NCBI GenBank assembly: GCA_002269645.1
Contig: NIVC01000029.1
Coordinates: 1,178,001-1,242,000, forward strand
Direction of reading: 5' to 3'
Length of the DNA stretch: 64,000 nucleotides
Source: Macrostomum lignano
Taxonomy: Eukaryota
Below are positions 1 through 11,400 of the stretch, piece by piece; position 1 is the stretch's first letter, and every line of letters begins with the position of its first letter. The notes under the pieces are model-generated. The model was not told the DNA's origin. It saw only the letters and a list, made by a program, of their open reading frames with translations, and made no database searches. A program made the position numbers and the translations under genes.

Positions 1-101
1 TTTTATTTAAAAAAGCGGTCTTATAGATAACAACAAGCACTGAGGCTAAAACACTGAAGTCAGTTTTAATTTCATCTTGCAATCAAGAAGCCACAAAGTC
101 C

Positions 102-1725
102 TCAACAAGCGGCCTTGCGCAGAACAACCCGAACCTTGAACCGCTTCGGTAGACCAAACAGTAGCGATGCGTTTTCGCCATAACCATCGAAGTCCTTGCA
201 CTCCGAACTTTGAACGAACTTGAAAGATTGAATCAGCAGCGTAGTGATTAAAAACGTTGTCTTCTTGGCGATCGACTCACCAAGGCAGACCCGAGTGCCG
301 GCGCCGAACGGCATATAACCTTGCTTATGAGGCGCCAGCTCGCCCTTCTCGGTGAGGAAGTGCTCCGGCTTGAACGTGTGCGGATCCGGAAACGCTGTTG
401 GATCGAATGAGGACCGGTAAGTCGACAGCATCACCTGGGTGCCTCGGGGCAGCTGGTAGCCACCCAGTTGGCAGTCCTCAGAGCACTCTCTAGGAACCAG
501 CGGACCGAGAGGCCAGAAGCGCATCACCTCGTGCAGAAAAGCGTCGGTATACGGCAGGCGGTGTCGCTCCGACATTCTCGGAGTTGAGTCGCCGAATACA
601 GAGTTCACCTCGGCGTAGCAGCGCTCCTGCATCTCTGGGAAGCTGCACAGGCCCCAGATGACCCAGTAGAGGGTCATAGCTAGAGTGTCTGTTCCAGCGG
701 TAAATATGTCGATAAGGGTTTGTCTAAGGTGAACATCTTGGAACAGGTGTCTGAAAAATTTTTTTGATACATTTTGTACCGAAAAATGCATGACATACGT
801 TTGTATACTGAAAAAGCTCTCACCCATTGCCAGACGCAATGGCCTGTCGCTGCTCTTGAATCAGGAAGTCCAAAATGTCGTTCAGCTCATTCGGGTTGAA
901 GCTCGCCTTCCGTTTCTCGCACAGCTTCTTGGCCCAAGACAGCAGACCGTCGGTAGCATCAATGAAGCCGCGACAGCTCTTGAACGGAAGAAACCGAAGA
1001 ATGGGCAGGATGTCAATAATTACACCTTTTTGAAAGCCGATGTTTAAAAACTCCATTGTCTCTCGGAGCCAAATAAACTCAGGATCGTCTGGAGTGTACT
1101 CCGAGCTGAACGTCATCCGGCACTGCAGATTGTAGACCAGCAGGTACACAGTTTCGTACACGTCTTTGTACTCCGACTCCTGGCCTGAAAAGTACTTCAC
1201 AACACCATCAAACGAGTCCACAACAAACTGTTCGAGTCTCTCGCCTTGAGCAAACATCCTAAAGGCTGAGTAGGAGCTTTTCCGATGAAAACGCCAACGC
1301 TCGCTATTTGGCGCGGCAAAGATGCTGTTCATGCCCTCGGTGAAGTAGTCCAAGGAGTAGAAGCCCGTGAACCTGTTAGTCAGCTGTTTGCTCAGCAAGC
1401 CTTCCTGAACAAGCTTCGGATCGAACACCAATACAAACGAGAGAGCGCCAAACTTGACTGTAGTCATATCGCCGTACTTCTCCGCTAGTCTGTCAATTGT
1501 ACCGAGTACAGCGTCTCTGCCAGTGGCTTTGAACAGCTCGACATTGCCAATCAGCGGCCATCCGCGCGGACCTGGCGGCAGACGAGAACGGCGCCTGAGA
1601 CGCCGCACAAACCACAGGGTGGCCAGAGAGGCGCCTGCGATGGCAGCGGCTGTGATAGCGGCTTTGCGGTTCTCGACTGGGACCAAACGGATCGGCCACG
1701 CGTTTGTAGACAGCAGGGCCTGCAT
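102..1725 (-). CDS. Cytochrome P450, clan-2-like, copy A; 2 exons (1725-824, 750-102), about 516 aa
   Basis: N-terminal hydrophobic anchor followed by a basic stretch and PPGPRGWPLIG; I-helix AGTDT; ExxR (EVMR); meander FKPEHF; heme motif FGAGTRVCLG. A 73-bp phase-2 GT-AG intron at 751-823 joins the two supplied ORFs (..ASGNG/HLFQD..). The start Met is chosen by alignment with copy B. Confidence 0.93.
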
Positions 1726-2710
1726 GCTCTGCAAAGATGGCGAATGATTGATAAAAACTATATCTAACAGATATGAATCCATCACACATGTTCACACAGA
1801 AGAGTTTTCAGTAGCATAAATATATTTTCTGCTACGTACTAGTAGTAGTTAAAACGCTAATAGCCATAGATATACTTTTTATATATTAGGTATGATGATG
1901 AAGAATTTAAAACAAAGTATGTGAGTTGAGTTCAGAAAAAAACTGGGCTACAATTTGTTCTGTAAGATGGCTTTGCACTGAACCACAACAACGACTACAT
2001 AGAAAGCATAGCATCGAATGAGAGAATTAAATTGCTTATGACAGCTGCGGTGCAATTTGGGCTATTAAGGAGAAAAGCTCCTATTGTTAGTTTGATACTT
2101 CATGCGCATCTTATTTTGTTTGAGCTGCTCAACACAGCTCAAGCTCAAGTTTGCACCGCGAAATTGAAGTTTTCTACAAGGGTTGATTCTATTCGTTTTA
2201 CAAGCCAGCCACTAAGAAAATTATACAGAAAGACTACTCTCATATAGGCGTGCACTGTCAATACAAAAAATAGCTTAAGCTTGCTTTAAAATCGCCTTAG
2301 TAACTAAAGACAAAACAAAGGAAGCTAAGTCAGGGCATACTCTTTTTAAAAGGCCAGGTCATCTGGCGATTCTCTTTGTTTATTTTTAAACGATAGAAGA
2401 CCTAGGATTACAAAGTACACGTCAAAAAGTCTGGCTTACAACTGACAGGACACAATGTACTTTAAAATTTGTTACAGAGTTTGAATAAGGAGAGTCAAAA
2501 AACGATTCACAGTGCGTTGCCAAGTGTTAAAAAGACACTAACAATAAAAATTGGGAATGTATATAAAATATTTATATTTAAACGTTTACATCTGTAATTC
2601 GTCGTATATTTAGAAAGCGTATATACTAAAAATATATAGAATGTGATCGGTTAAGGCCGAAATACCAGTTTTTACAAGAAATCAATATGACAAAAGTCAT
2701 TAGAATCGCC

Positions 2711-4433
2711 TTAAACGCCTTTGCGCGGCACAACACGGACCTTGAACCTGCGCGGCATGGCGAACAGTAGCGAAGAGGACTCTTTGTAACCATCTGAGTC
2801 CTTGAACTCCGGACTCTGGATGAACTTGAACGATTGAATCAGCAGCGTAGTGATTAAAAATGTCGTCTTCTTAGCGATCGACTCGCCAAGGCAGACCCGA
2901 GTGCCGGCGCCGAAGATGAAAAAGTTTCGATTGTAAGGCGCCAGTTCGCCGTTCTCAGTGAGGAAGTGCTCCGGCTTGAACGTGTGCGGATCCGGAAACG
3001 CTGTTGGATCATAATGGCACCGGTAAGTCGATAGCATCACCTGGGTGCCTCGAGGCAGCTGGTAGCCACCCAACTGACAATCTTCGTTGCACTCTCTCGG
3101 TATCAGGCCACCCAGAGGCCAGAAGCGCATCACCTCGTGCAGAAAAGCGTCGGTATACGGCAGGCGGTGTCGCTCCGACATTCTCGGAGTTGAGTCGCCG
3201 AATACAGAGTTCACCTCGGCGTAGCAGCGCTCCTGCATCTCTGGGAAGCTGCACAGGCCCCAGATGACCCAGTAGAGGGTCATAGCTGTGGTGTCTGTGC
3301 CAGCACCAAAAATATCCATCAGCGTTTGACGAAGGTGGACGTCTTGAAACAGGTGCCTGGGTGAATGACAAATAACGGATTCAATACTTATATTTGTTTT
3401 GCTGTCAGTAGTAGTTAGCTTTTTTACGGTACGGAAACTATTGCTTAATCATAACGAAAACAAGTTTTAATAATTGACAAGAAAAAGCTGCAACATGCTT
3501 ATAGTGATTAAAATAGCATAAAACTATTCACCCATTGCCAGACGCAATGGCCTGTCGCTGCTCTTGAATTAGAAAGTCCAAAATGTCGTTCAGCTCATTC
3601 GGGTTGAAGCTCGCCTTCCGTTTCTCGCACAGCATCTTGGCCCAGGACAGCAGTTCATCTGTAGCGTTGAAGAAACCGCGAATACTTTTTATTGGAAGAA
3701 ACCGAAGTATGGGCAGAGCATCAACTAGCAAGCCGCTCTGGAAGACCTGATTCAGATATTCAAGCGTTTTCCGAAGCCAAAGAAACTCGGGATCGTCTGG
3801 AGTGTACTCCGAGCCGAATGTCATCCGGCACTGCAGATTGTAGACCATTAAGTACACAGTTTCGTACACGTCTTTGTACTCGGAGTCCTGGTCTAAAAAG
3901 TACTTTGTGACACTATCGAACGAGTCAATGACGAACTGCTCGAGTCTCTCGCCCTGAGCAAACATCCTGAATGCGGCATAGGAGCTCTTGCGATGGTAGC
4001 GCCAGCGCTCGTTATTCGGGCTGCTGAAGATGCTGTTCATGCCCTCGGTGAAGTAGTTCAATGAGTAGAAACTCGTCATGCGATTGGTCAGCTTTGGGCT
4101 CAGCAAGCCTTCTTGAACAAGCTTTGGCTTGAGCACCAGAACGAAGGTCATTGGTCCAAAACTGACGGTGGTAATATCCCCATAATTTTCTGCCAGCTCA
4201 TCGAATGTACCAAAAATTTTAGCTCTGCCAGTGGCTTTCAACAGCTCGACATTGCCAATCAGCGGCCATCCGCGCGGACCTGGCGGCAGTTGAGAACGGC
4301 GCCTGAGACGCTGCACAAACCACAGGGTGGCCAGAGAGGCGCCTGCAATGGCAGCGACTGTGACAGCGGCTTTGCGGTTCTCGACTGGGACCAAACGGAT
4401 CGGCCACGCGTTTGTAGACAGCAGGGCCTGCAT
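2711..4433 (-). CDS. Cytochrome P450, clan-2-like, copy B; 2 exons (4433-3532, 3356-2711), about 515 aa
   Basis: Same motifs as copy A (AGTDT, EVMR, FGAGTRVCLG). The 175-bp phase-2 intron at 3357-3531 sits at the identical position. The two copies are highly similar tandem paralogs. Confidence 0.93.
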
Positions 4434-5473
4434 GCTCTGCAGTTTGGTTTATTTATTACTAATTATAGACAATTTTTAGGTTTTGAAAATGTTATAAGCA
4501 TGGAAAAAGTATACAGTTGCAATAGAATTTGATTCCTATTAGCCTAATTATTGATGAAAACCTAAAATTAACGATTTTCAATCGTGAAAGGTGCTCATAT
4601 CAGATTATTAATAATAATAAAAATTAGTACAAGCATTAAGATATTTTTTATAAAAAGTAGATATTCAAGGTTTTTAAATTGCTTTTGAATTATATAAAAT
4701 GGACTCACAAATTAAAATGTCTTTTTCTGAACTATTGACAAAATTATACCATTAAATAGGTTTAGGAAATCAATTTTTAGGTACAAAACTTTATATGGCA
4801 ATTATAAAAATAATGCTTAAACTTTTTTTACAAAATAAACAAATGGGCAATTAAAATGGTTAGTTTCTATTTAGACTGTAAAACAAGTATAAAAAAACTT
4901 TAACACAGACAGCTGCTTATTGAAGAATATTTTAGTTCACTTTAAATTGTTTCGAAATTTAGTTCAAATCTTTTATTTAAAGTACATAATGTTCTTTGTA
5001 TATTACATTTTTACTGACGGAAACTATAAAAACGAGTAAAACATTCTTTTGTTTGAAATTAAACTAGCACTGCAAAATATTTGGGTATTCAAAAGCTTTC
5101 ACGAAAAACAACGCATACCCAACAGAAAGCAATTAAGCTCTAAGCCGTCTAGAGGGAAATGCTAGAACTAGAAAGCTCATTATTAATGCTACTTTTTCGC
5201 AACGTTAAAAAGATGCCACTAACAAACCTTTATTTAAAATTTATTACTTTATACTATGTAATTTTTTATTTTTTAATTTATATAAAAAAATGCAAACTTC
5301 TTGACAACCAGAGTTATATCCTAAACTTTATTCTATTGCTTCTGTTTTTTGTTTTAATTATTTGTTACCTTACAACAATTTACTATATGAAAATTTAAAA
5401 TCGGATAACTTTTACGATTATTCGTAGTCAAATCCGAGGCACATTTGCACTTCGTTACAAAATTTAAACCGGA

Positions 5474-8400
5474 ATGGGACTCACATTGTAAGTATACATT
5501 TACAAAACCTTATTCATAAGCAGTTATACGAGCGCACAAAAGCTGAGCTAACATGCACGGGTAAAGTAATGTACGAAGTACTGTCACTAATAAGGCGTTT
5601 GATTAACCTTGTACCGTAAAACTGATTATACAAAGCATAAATTTGAACAGATGTTTCAGTTAATCGGAAATGCAACAAAATGTTTAAAAATTGATATTCT
5701 TACTGGTTTTTTAATTTAGTTGTTTTTTCTAAAAGAGGACTTATTTTATGATTGTGTGGATGACACTTTTTAACATACTATTTAATGAACTTAGCAACTA
5801 AAACATTTATTCAAGATCACTACAGCACGCAATTCTGTACAAGACTGCGTAAAATGTCTAAATAATTGTCTTTTCAAATCATCTACAGAACTAAAGAAAC
5901 TGCGCAGCAGTTGCTGCAACACAGTCAAGAAATTTTGGACAGCTTTCGTTCCGCAGATATGGCGGTGGATGCCCACGCCAATCAGTACTTCGATGGTGTA
6001 AGTCTCTGTTCCTAAAATCTACACTGGCCACCTCAGGGCATTATAATAATGAATAAATTCGTCTAAAAAGAAATATACAACACTAATATACCCAACAGGT
6101 CCTACCTCGGGATGACCCTGTTCGAGTCACCATCGTAGAAATATTTGCCGGGTGCATTCGCTACGAGAAAGCGTTGGACACCGTGATCACGGCCTTCTAT
6201 AATGTTGAGGGACGCGTCGTCAAGCGGTCGGAGCAGAATCTCTATCGAGGTGAGATTTATACTGTACATATGCTACATTCTGTTAGACAAAGATGCGCCA
6301 TGCTGTTAGACAAAGATGCGCCATGCTGTTAGACACAGATTCGCCAAGCTGTTAGACACAGATGTGCCAAGCTGTTAGACACAGATTCGCCAAGCTGTTA
6401 GACACAGATGCGGCAAGCTGTTAGACACAGATGTGCCAAGCTGTTAGACACAGATTCGCCAAGCTGTTAGACACAGATGCACTAAGCTGTTAGACACAGA
6501 TTCGCCAAGCTGTTAGACACAGATGCACTAAGCTGTTAGACACAGATGCACTAAGCTGTTAGACACAGATGCACTAAGCTGTTAGACACAGATGCACTAA
6601 GCTGTTAGACACAGATGCACTAAGCTGTTAGACACAGATGCACTAAGCTGTTAGACACAGATGCACTAAGCTGTTAGACACAGATGCACTAAGCTGTTAG
6701 ACACAGATTCGCCAAGCTGTTAGACACAGATGCACTAAGCTGTTAGACACAGATTCGCCAAGCTGTTAGACACAGATGCACTAAGCTGTTAGACACAGAT
6801 GCACTAAGCTGTTAGACACAGATTCGCCAAGCTGTTAGACACAGATGCACTAAGCTGTTAGACACAGATGCACTAAGCTGTTAGACACAGATTCGCCAAG
6901 CTGTTAGACTTACGGATGCGTCATGATGTTAAGACACGGAGTTTCAAAAAATGACAGAAATTCAAATTAGGATTTTTCACCCCCAACCAATATAACAATA
7001 ACAATTCTATAACAATGTCCCTGCCAACTAATCTCAATAACCCCAAGCATAAACATATTTAATTTCCAGTTTTCGCTTACCTCATCGTGTTTCGCATGGA
7101 AGAGCTGGGAATCCCCAATCTGAAGAAGCTGATCGCCACACTTGAACGAAAACGGATCTATCGGGTAAGTGGATTTTGGAAGACAAAACAAAACCGGGTT
7201 ATTACGATTGTTTTAAAAACAAATCCATCAATCAGAACAAAAAGTGACGCTTGAAAAAACGTAATTTCTTTTAGTTTCTAAGCTTCCTACTAAACAGAAA
7301 GCACCTGTACACCTGGATGCTAGACGAGTGGGCCAAACTCTATGATCGAGTCTACGTTGAGAATGAAATCATTTCGCCTCTTGAGGAGTAAGTACTTCTG
7401 CATGTACTTTTATTGGGGGGATTGAATCTCGGTTTGTCTCTGCTTGGCACAGTGAAGTGTACATGCTTAACGATAAATAAAGTTAGGGCCGCTGTACACT
7501 CCTGTGTGAGTGTGTGCCTGCGCGTATGACTGCGTACGTATCCTTGCACTTGTGTGCCTGCTCAGGGAAGTCGGCGGAATGGGCAGTAATGCCTCTCGCC
7601 CGTTGTGTGACAATGTCGCCTAAAGTGCGCCCGGGTGCACACAGGCCGCCTTGTCTCTGAAAATGTACTTTATTGAAAATCAGTCAGTGACATTCTTCTG
7701 ATATTTATATTGTTAAATAAAACTCAAACTTCACAGATTTCTGCCTCAACTGGAAGAAATACTCGAGCGACTCCGAGTACAAATTGAAGAGGGTCTGAAA
7801 AGCAAGAAGGAGCTGATTAAACCAACAGGTATGTTATAATCAAATTTTAGTGAAAAAATTACGCGGAATGTAAGAAGAAATATTTACGTTACTATTGCAT
7901 GAATTTTCGCATTGAAAATAGGAATTTACTTGCTATAAGCTACCGATTTTACCACTAACTATACTACCAACTATACTACTAACTGTACTACTAACGTTTC
8001 CAGCCAGAATTACTAAAAAGGACCGACTTCCGAAAGAAGGTAAAATAATTATTTTGAGTAAGAAATCATTGTCGAAAAAATTGCACACATCACACGAACA
8101 CTTTGATTTTGATCGAGCAAACACAGCTGTCACTCTTTGCATCGCTTCTATCGCGTCTGTATTACTTTTATATCATATCATTTTTTATATAAAAATGCTT
8201 TTGATCCTGGAGATCTCAAAAGATAACCGAAAAACAGTTTTTTGTCTACGTTTTTTCGTTATATTTTTTTGCGACATTTAAGTCATCGATTTCCAGCTAT
8301 CTGATCAAACTGACATCGAAAAATGTAATTTACTTTTACGCAACTGCCGATATGTATCGAAATGCGCTTTATTGCTTAAATTGTGCCAATGCCTCGAATT

Positions 8401-11400
8401 GCTAGACAATTGGAATACTTGTTCACTGATTAATGTCAATATATTTAAAGTCTATTTCACAGTTGAACTCGATAACTTATATAGGTACACCAGTTTGGTT
8501 AGACACAGAGGCGCCAAGCTGTTAGACAATGAGAGTCCATGCTGTTAGACACAGATGCGCCAAGCTGTTAGACAATGAGAGTCCATGCTGTTAGACAATG
8601 AGAGTCCATGCTGTTAGACAATGAGAGTCCAAGCTGTTAGACACAGATGCGCCAAGCTGTTAGACAATGAGAGTCCATGCTGTTAGACAATGAGAGTCCA
8701 TGCTGTTAGACAATGAGAGTCCAAGCTGTTAGACACAGATGCGCCAAGCTGTTAGACAATGAGAGTCCAAGCTGTTAGACACAGATGCGCCAAGCTGTTA
8801 GACAATGAGAGTCCAAGCTGTTAGACACAAAGTCCAAGCTGTTAGACACAGATGCGCCAAGCTGTTAGACACAGGTGCGCCAAGCTGTTAGACATAATTG
8901 CGCCAAGCTGTTAGACACAGGTGCGCCAAGCTGTTAGACACAGAAATGTCAAGCTGTTAGACACAGATGCGCCAAGCTGTTAGACAGCTGTTAGACACAG
9001 AAATGCCAAGCTGTTAGACACAGGTGCGCCAAGCTGTTAGACACAGAAATGTCAAGCTGTTAGACACAGATGCGCCAAGCTGTTAGACAGCTGTTAGACA
9101 CAGAAATGCCAAGCTGTTAGACACAGGTGCGCCAAGCTGTTAGACACTGAAATGTCAAGCTGTTAGACACAGATGCGCCAAGCTGTTAGACACAGGTGCG
9201 CCAAGCTGTTAGACACAGGTGCGCCAAGCTGTTAGACACAGGTGCGCCAAGCTGTTAGACACAGGTGCGCCAAGCTGTTAGACACAGGTGCGCCAAGCTG
9301 TTAGACACAGATGTGCCAAGCTGTTAGACACAGGTGCGCCAAGCTGTTAGACACAGGTGCGCCAAGCTGTTAGACACAGAAATGTCAAGCTGTTAGATAC
9401 AGATGCGCCAAGCTGTTAGACACAGATGTGCCAAGCTGTTAGACACAGGTGCGCCAAGCTGTTAGACACAGGTGCGCCAAGCTGTTAGACACAGAAATGT
9501 CAAGCTGTTAGACACAGATGCGCCAAGCTGTTAGACACAGAAATGCCAAGCTGTTAGACACAGGTGCGCCAAGCTGTTAGACACAGAAATGCCAAGCTGT
9601 TAGACACAGGTGCGCCAAGCTGTTAGACACAGGTGCGTTAAGCTGTTAGACAGCTGTTAGACACAGGTGCGCCAAGCTGTTAGACACAGGTGGGCCAAGC
9701 TGTTAGACACAGGTGCGCCAAGCTGTTAGACACAGAAATGCCAAGCTGTTAGACACAGAAATGTCAAGCTGTTAGACACAGAAATGCCAAGCTGTTAGAC
9801 ACAGTTGCGCCAAGCTGTTAGACACAGAAATGCCAAGCTGTTAGACACAGGTGCGCCAAGCTGTTAGACAGCTGTTAGACACAGATGCGCCAAGCTGTTA
9901 GACACAGAAATGTCAAGCTGTTAGACACAGATGCGCCAAGCTATTAGACACAGGTGCGCCAAGCTGTTAGACACAGGTGCGCCAAGCTGTTAGACACAGG
10001 TGCGCCAAGCTGTTAGACACAGGTACGCCAAGCTGTTAGACACAGGTGCGCCAAGCTGTTAGACACAGGTGCGCCAAGCTGTTAGACACAGAAATGCCAA
10101 GCTGTAACACAGAAATGCTAAACTGTTAGACACAGAAATGCCAAGCTGTTCGACACAGGTGCGCCAAGCTGTTAGACACAGAAATGCCAAGCTGTTAGAC
10201 ACAGATGCGCCAAGCTGTTAGACACAGATGCGCCAAGCTGTTAGACACAGGTGGGCCAAGCTGTTAGACACAGGTGGGCCAAGCTGTTAGACACAGGTGG
10301 GCCAAGCTGTTAGACACAGATGCGCCAAGCTGTTAGACACAGGTGGGCCAAGCTGTTAGACACAGATGCGCCAAGCTGTTAGACACAGGTGGGCCAAGCT
10401 GTTAGACACAGATGCGCCAAGCTGTTAGACACAGGTGGGCCAAGCTGTTAGACACAGGTGGGCCAAGCTGTTAGACACAGGTGGGCCAAGCTGTTAGACA
10501 CGCAGCAGCGCTACAACTCAGCCAATTCCGCACCCGAACCTGCAGAGCCGCAGCCGTTCACTCTCACGGAGCCGAAGCCGCGCTCAGTGCCGATGCCGGA
10601 GGAGCTGCCCACCCTGGCACCCAGCCGCCCGGTGCCCAGCAGCACCTACGAGCGGCCTCAGGAGAGCGCCGATCTAGCCGAACGGCGCCGGAAGAATCGC
10701 GAAGTGGCCGAACAAAGACTGGCCGAGGCCACGCGCCAGCGGCCTCGCTGCGCCGATCCGGGCAAATCCGAGAAATGCGAACGAAAAATTCGAGAAATTC
10801 GAGCCGAGCAGGAGCGAGCGTTGGCCTTCGACGCGCCGAAATCGAATCCGATGCCGAAGGAGCGCCAGGGCGCCGGTCAGGCGGCTGTGAAGCTCAACGC
10901 TGCCGCCATCATGCGCGAGTGGGCGCGCTACAGAGAGGCGGAGAAGCGCGAAGCTGAGAGGCTCGGCGCGCTCGAAGCCGGCGCCTTTGATAAGTCCGCT
11001 TTCGAGGTGTGTTTCCTGACACTTAACAGCTTATCTGACACATCACCTGACAGCTTATCTGACACATCACCTGACAGCTTATCTGACACATCACCTGACA
11101 GCTTATCTGACACATCACCTGACAGCTTATCTGACACATCACCTGACAGCTTATCTGACACATCACCTGACACCTCATCTGACACATCACCTGACAGCTT
11201 ATCTGACACATCACCTGACAGCTTATCTGACACATCACCTGACAGTTTATCTGACACATCACCTGACACCTCAACTGACACATCACCTGACAGCTTATCT
11301 GACACATCACCTGACACCTCATCTGACACATCACCTGACAGCTTATCTGACACATCACCTGACAGTTTATCTGACACATAACCCGACACCTCAACTGACA

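Noticed and set aside
1726-1785. 20-aa N-terminal extension of P450 copy A from the ORF track
   Set aside because: It is not conserved in copy B, and an acceptor-like TTTGCAG lies directly before the shared start region.
5363-5376. RFX X-box upstream of the ciliary gene CFAP99 (GTTACCTTACAAC)
   Set aside because: Only one half-site matches the consensus; too weak to call.
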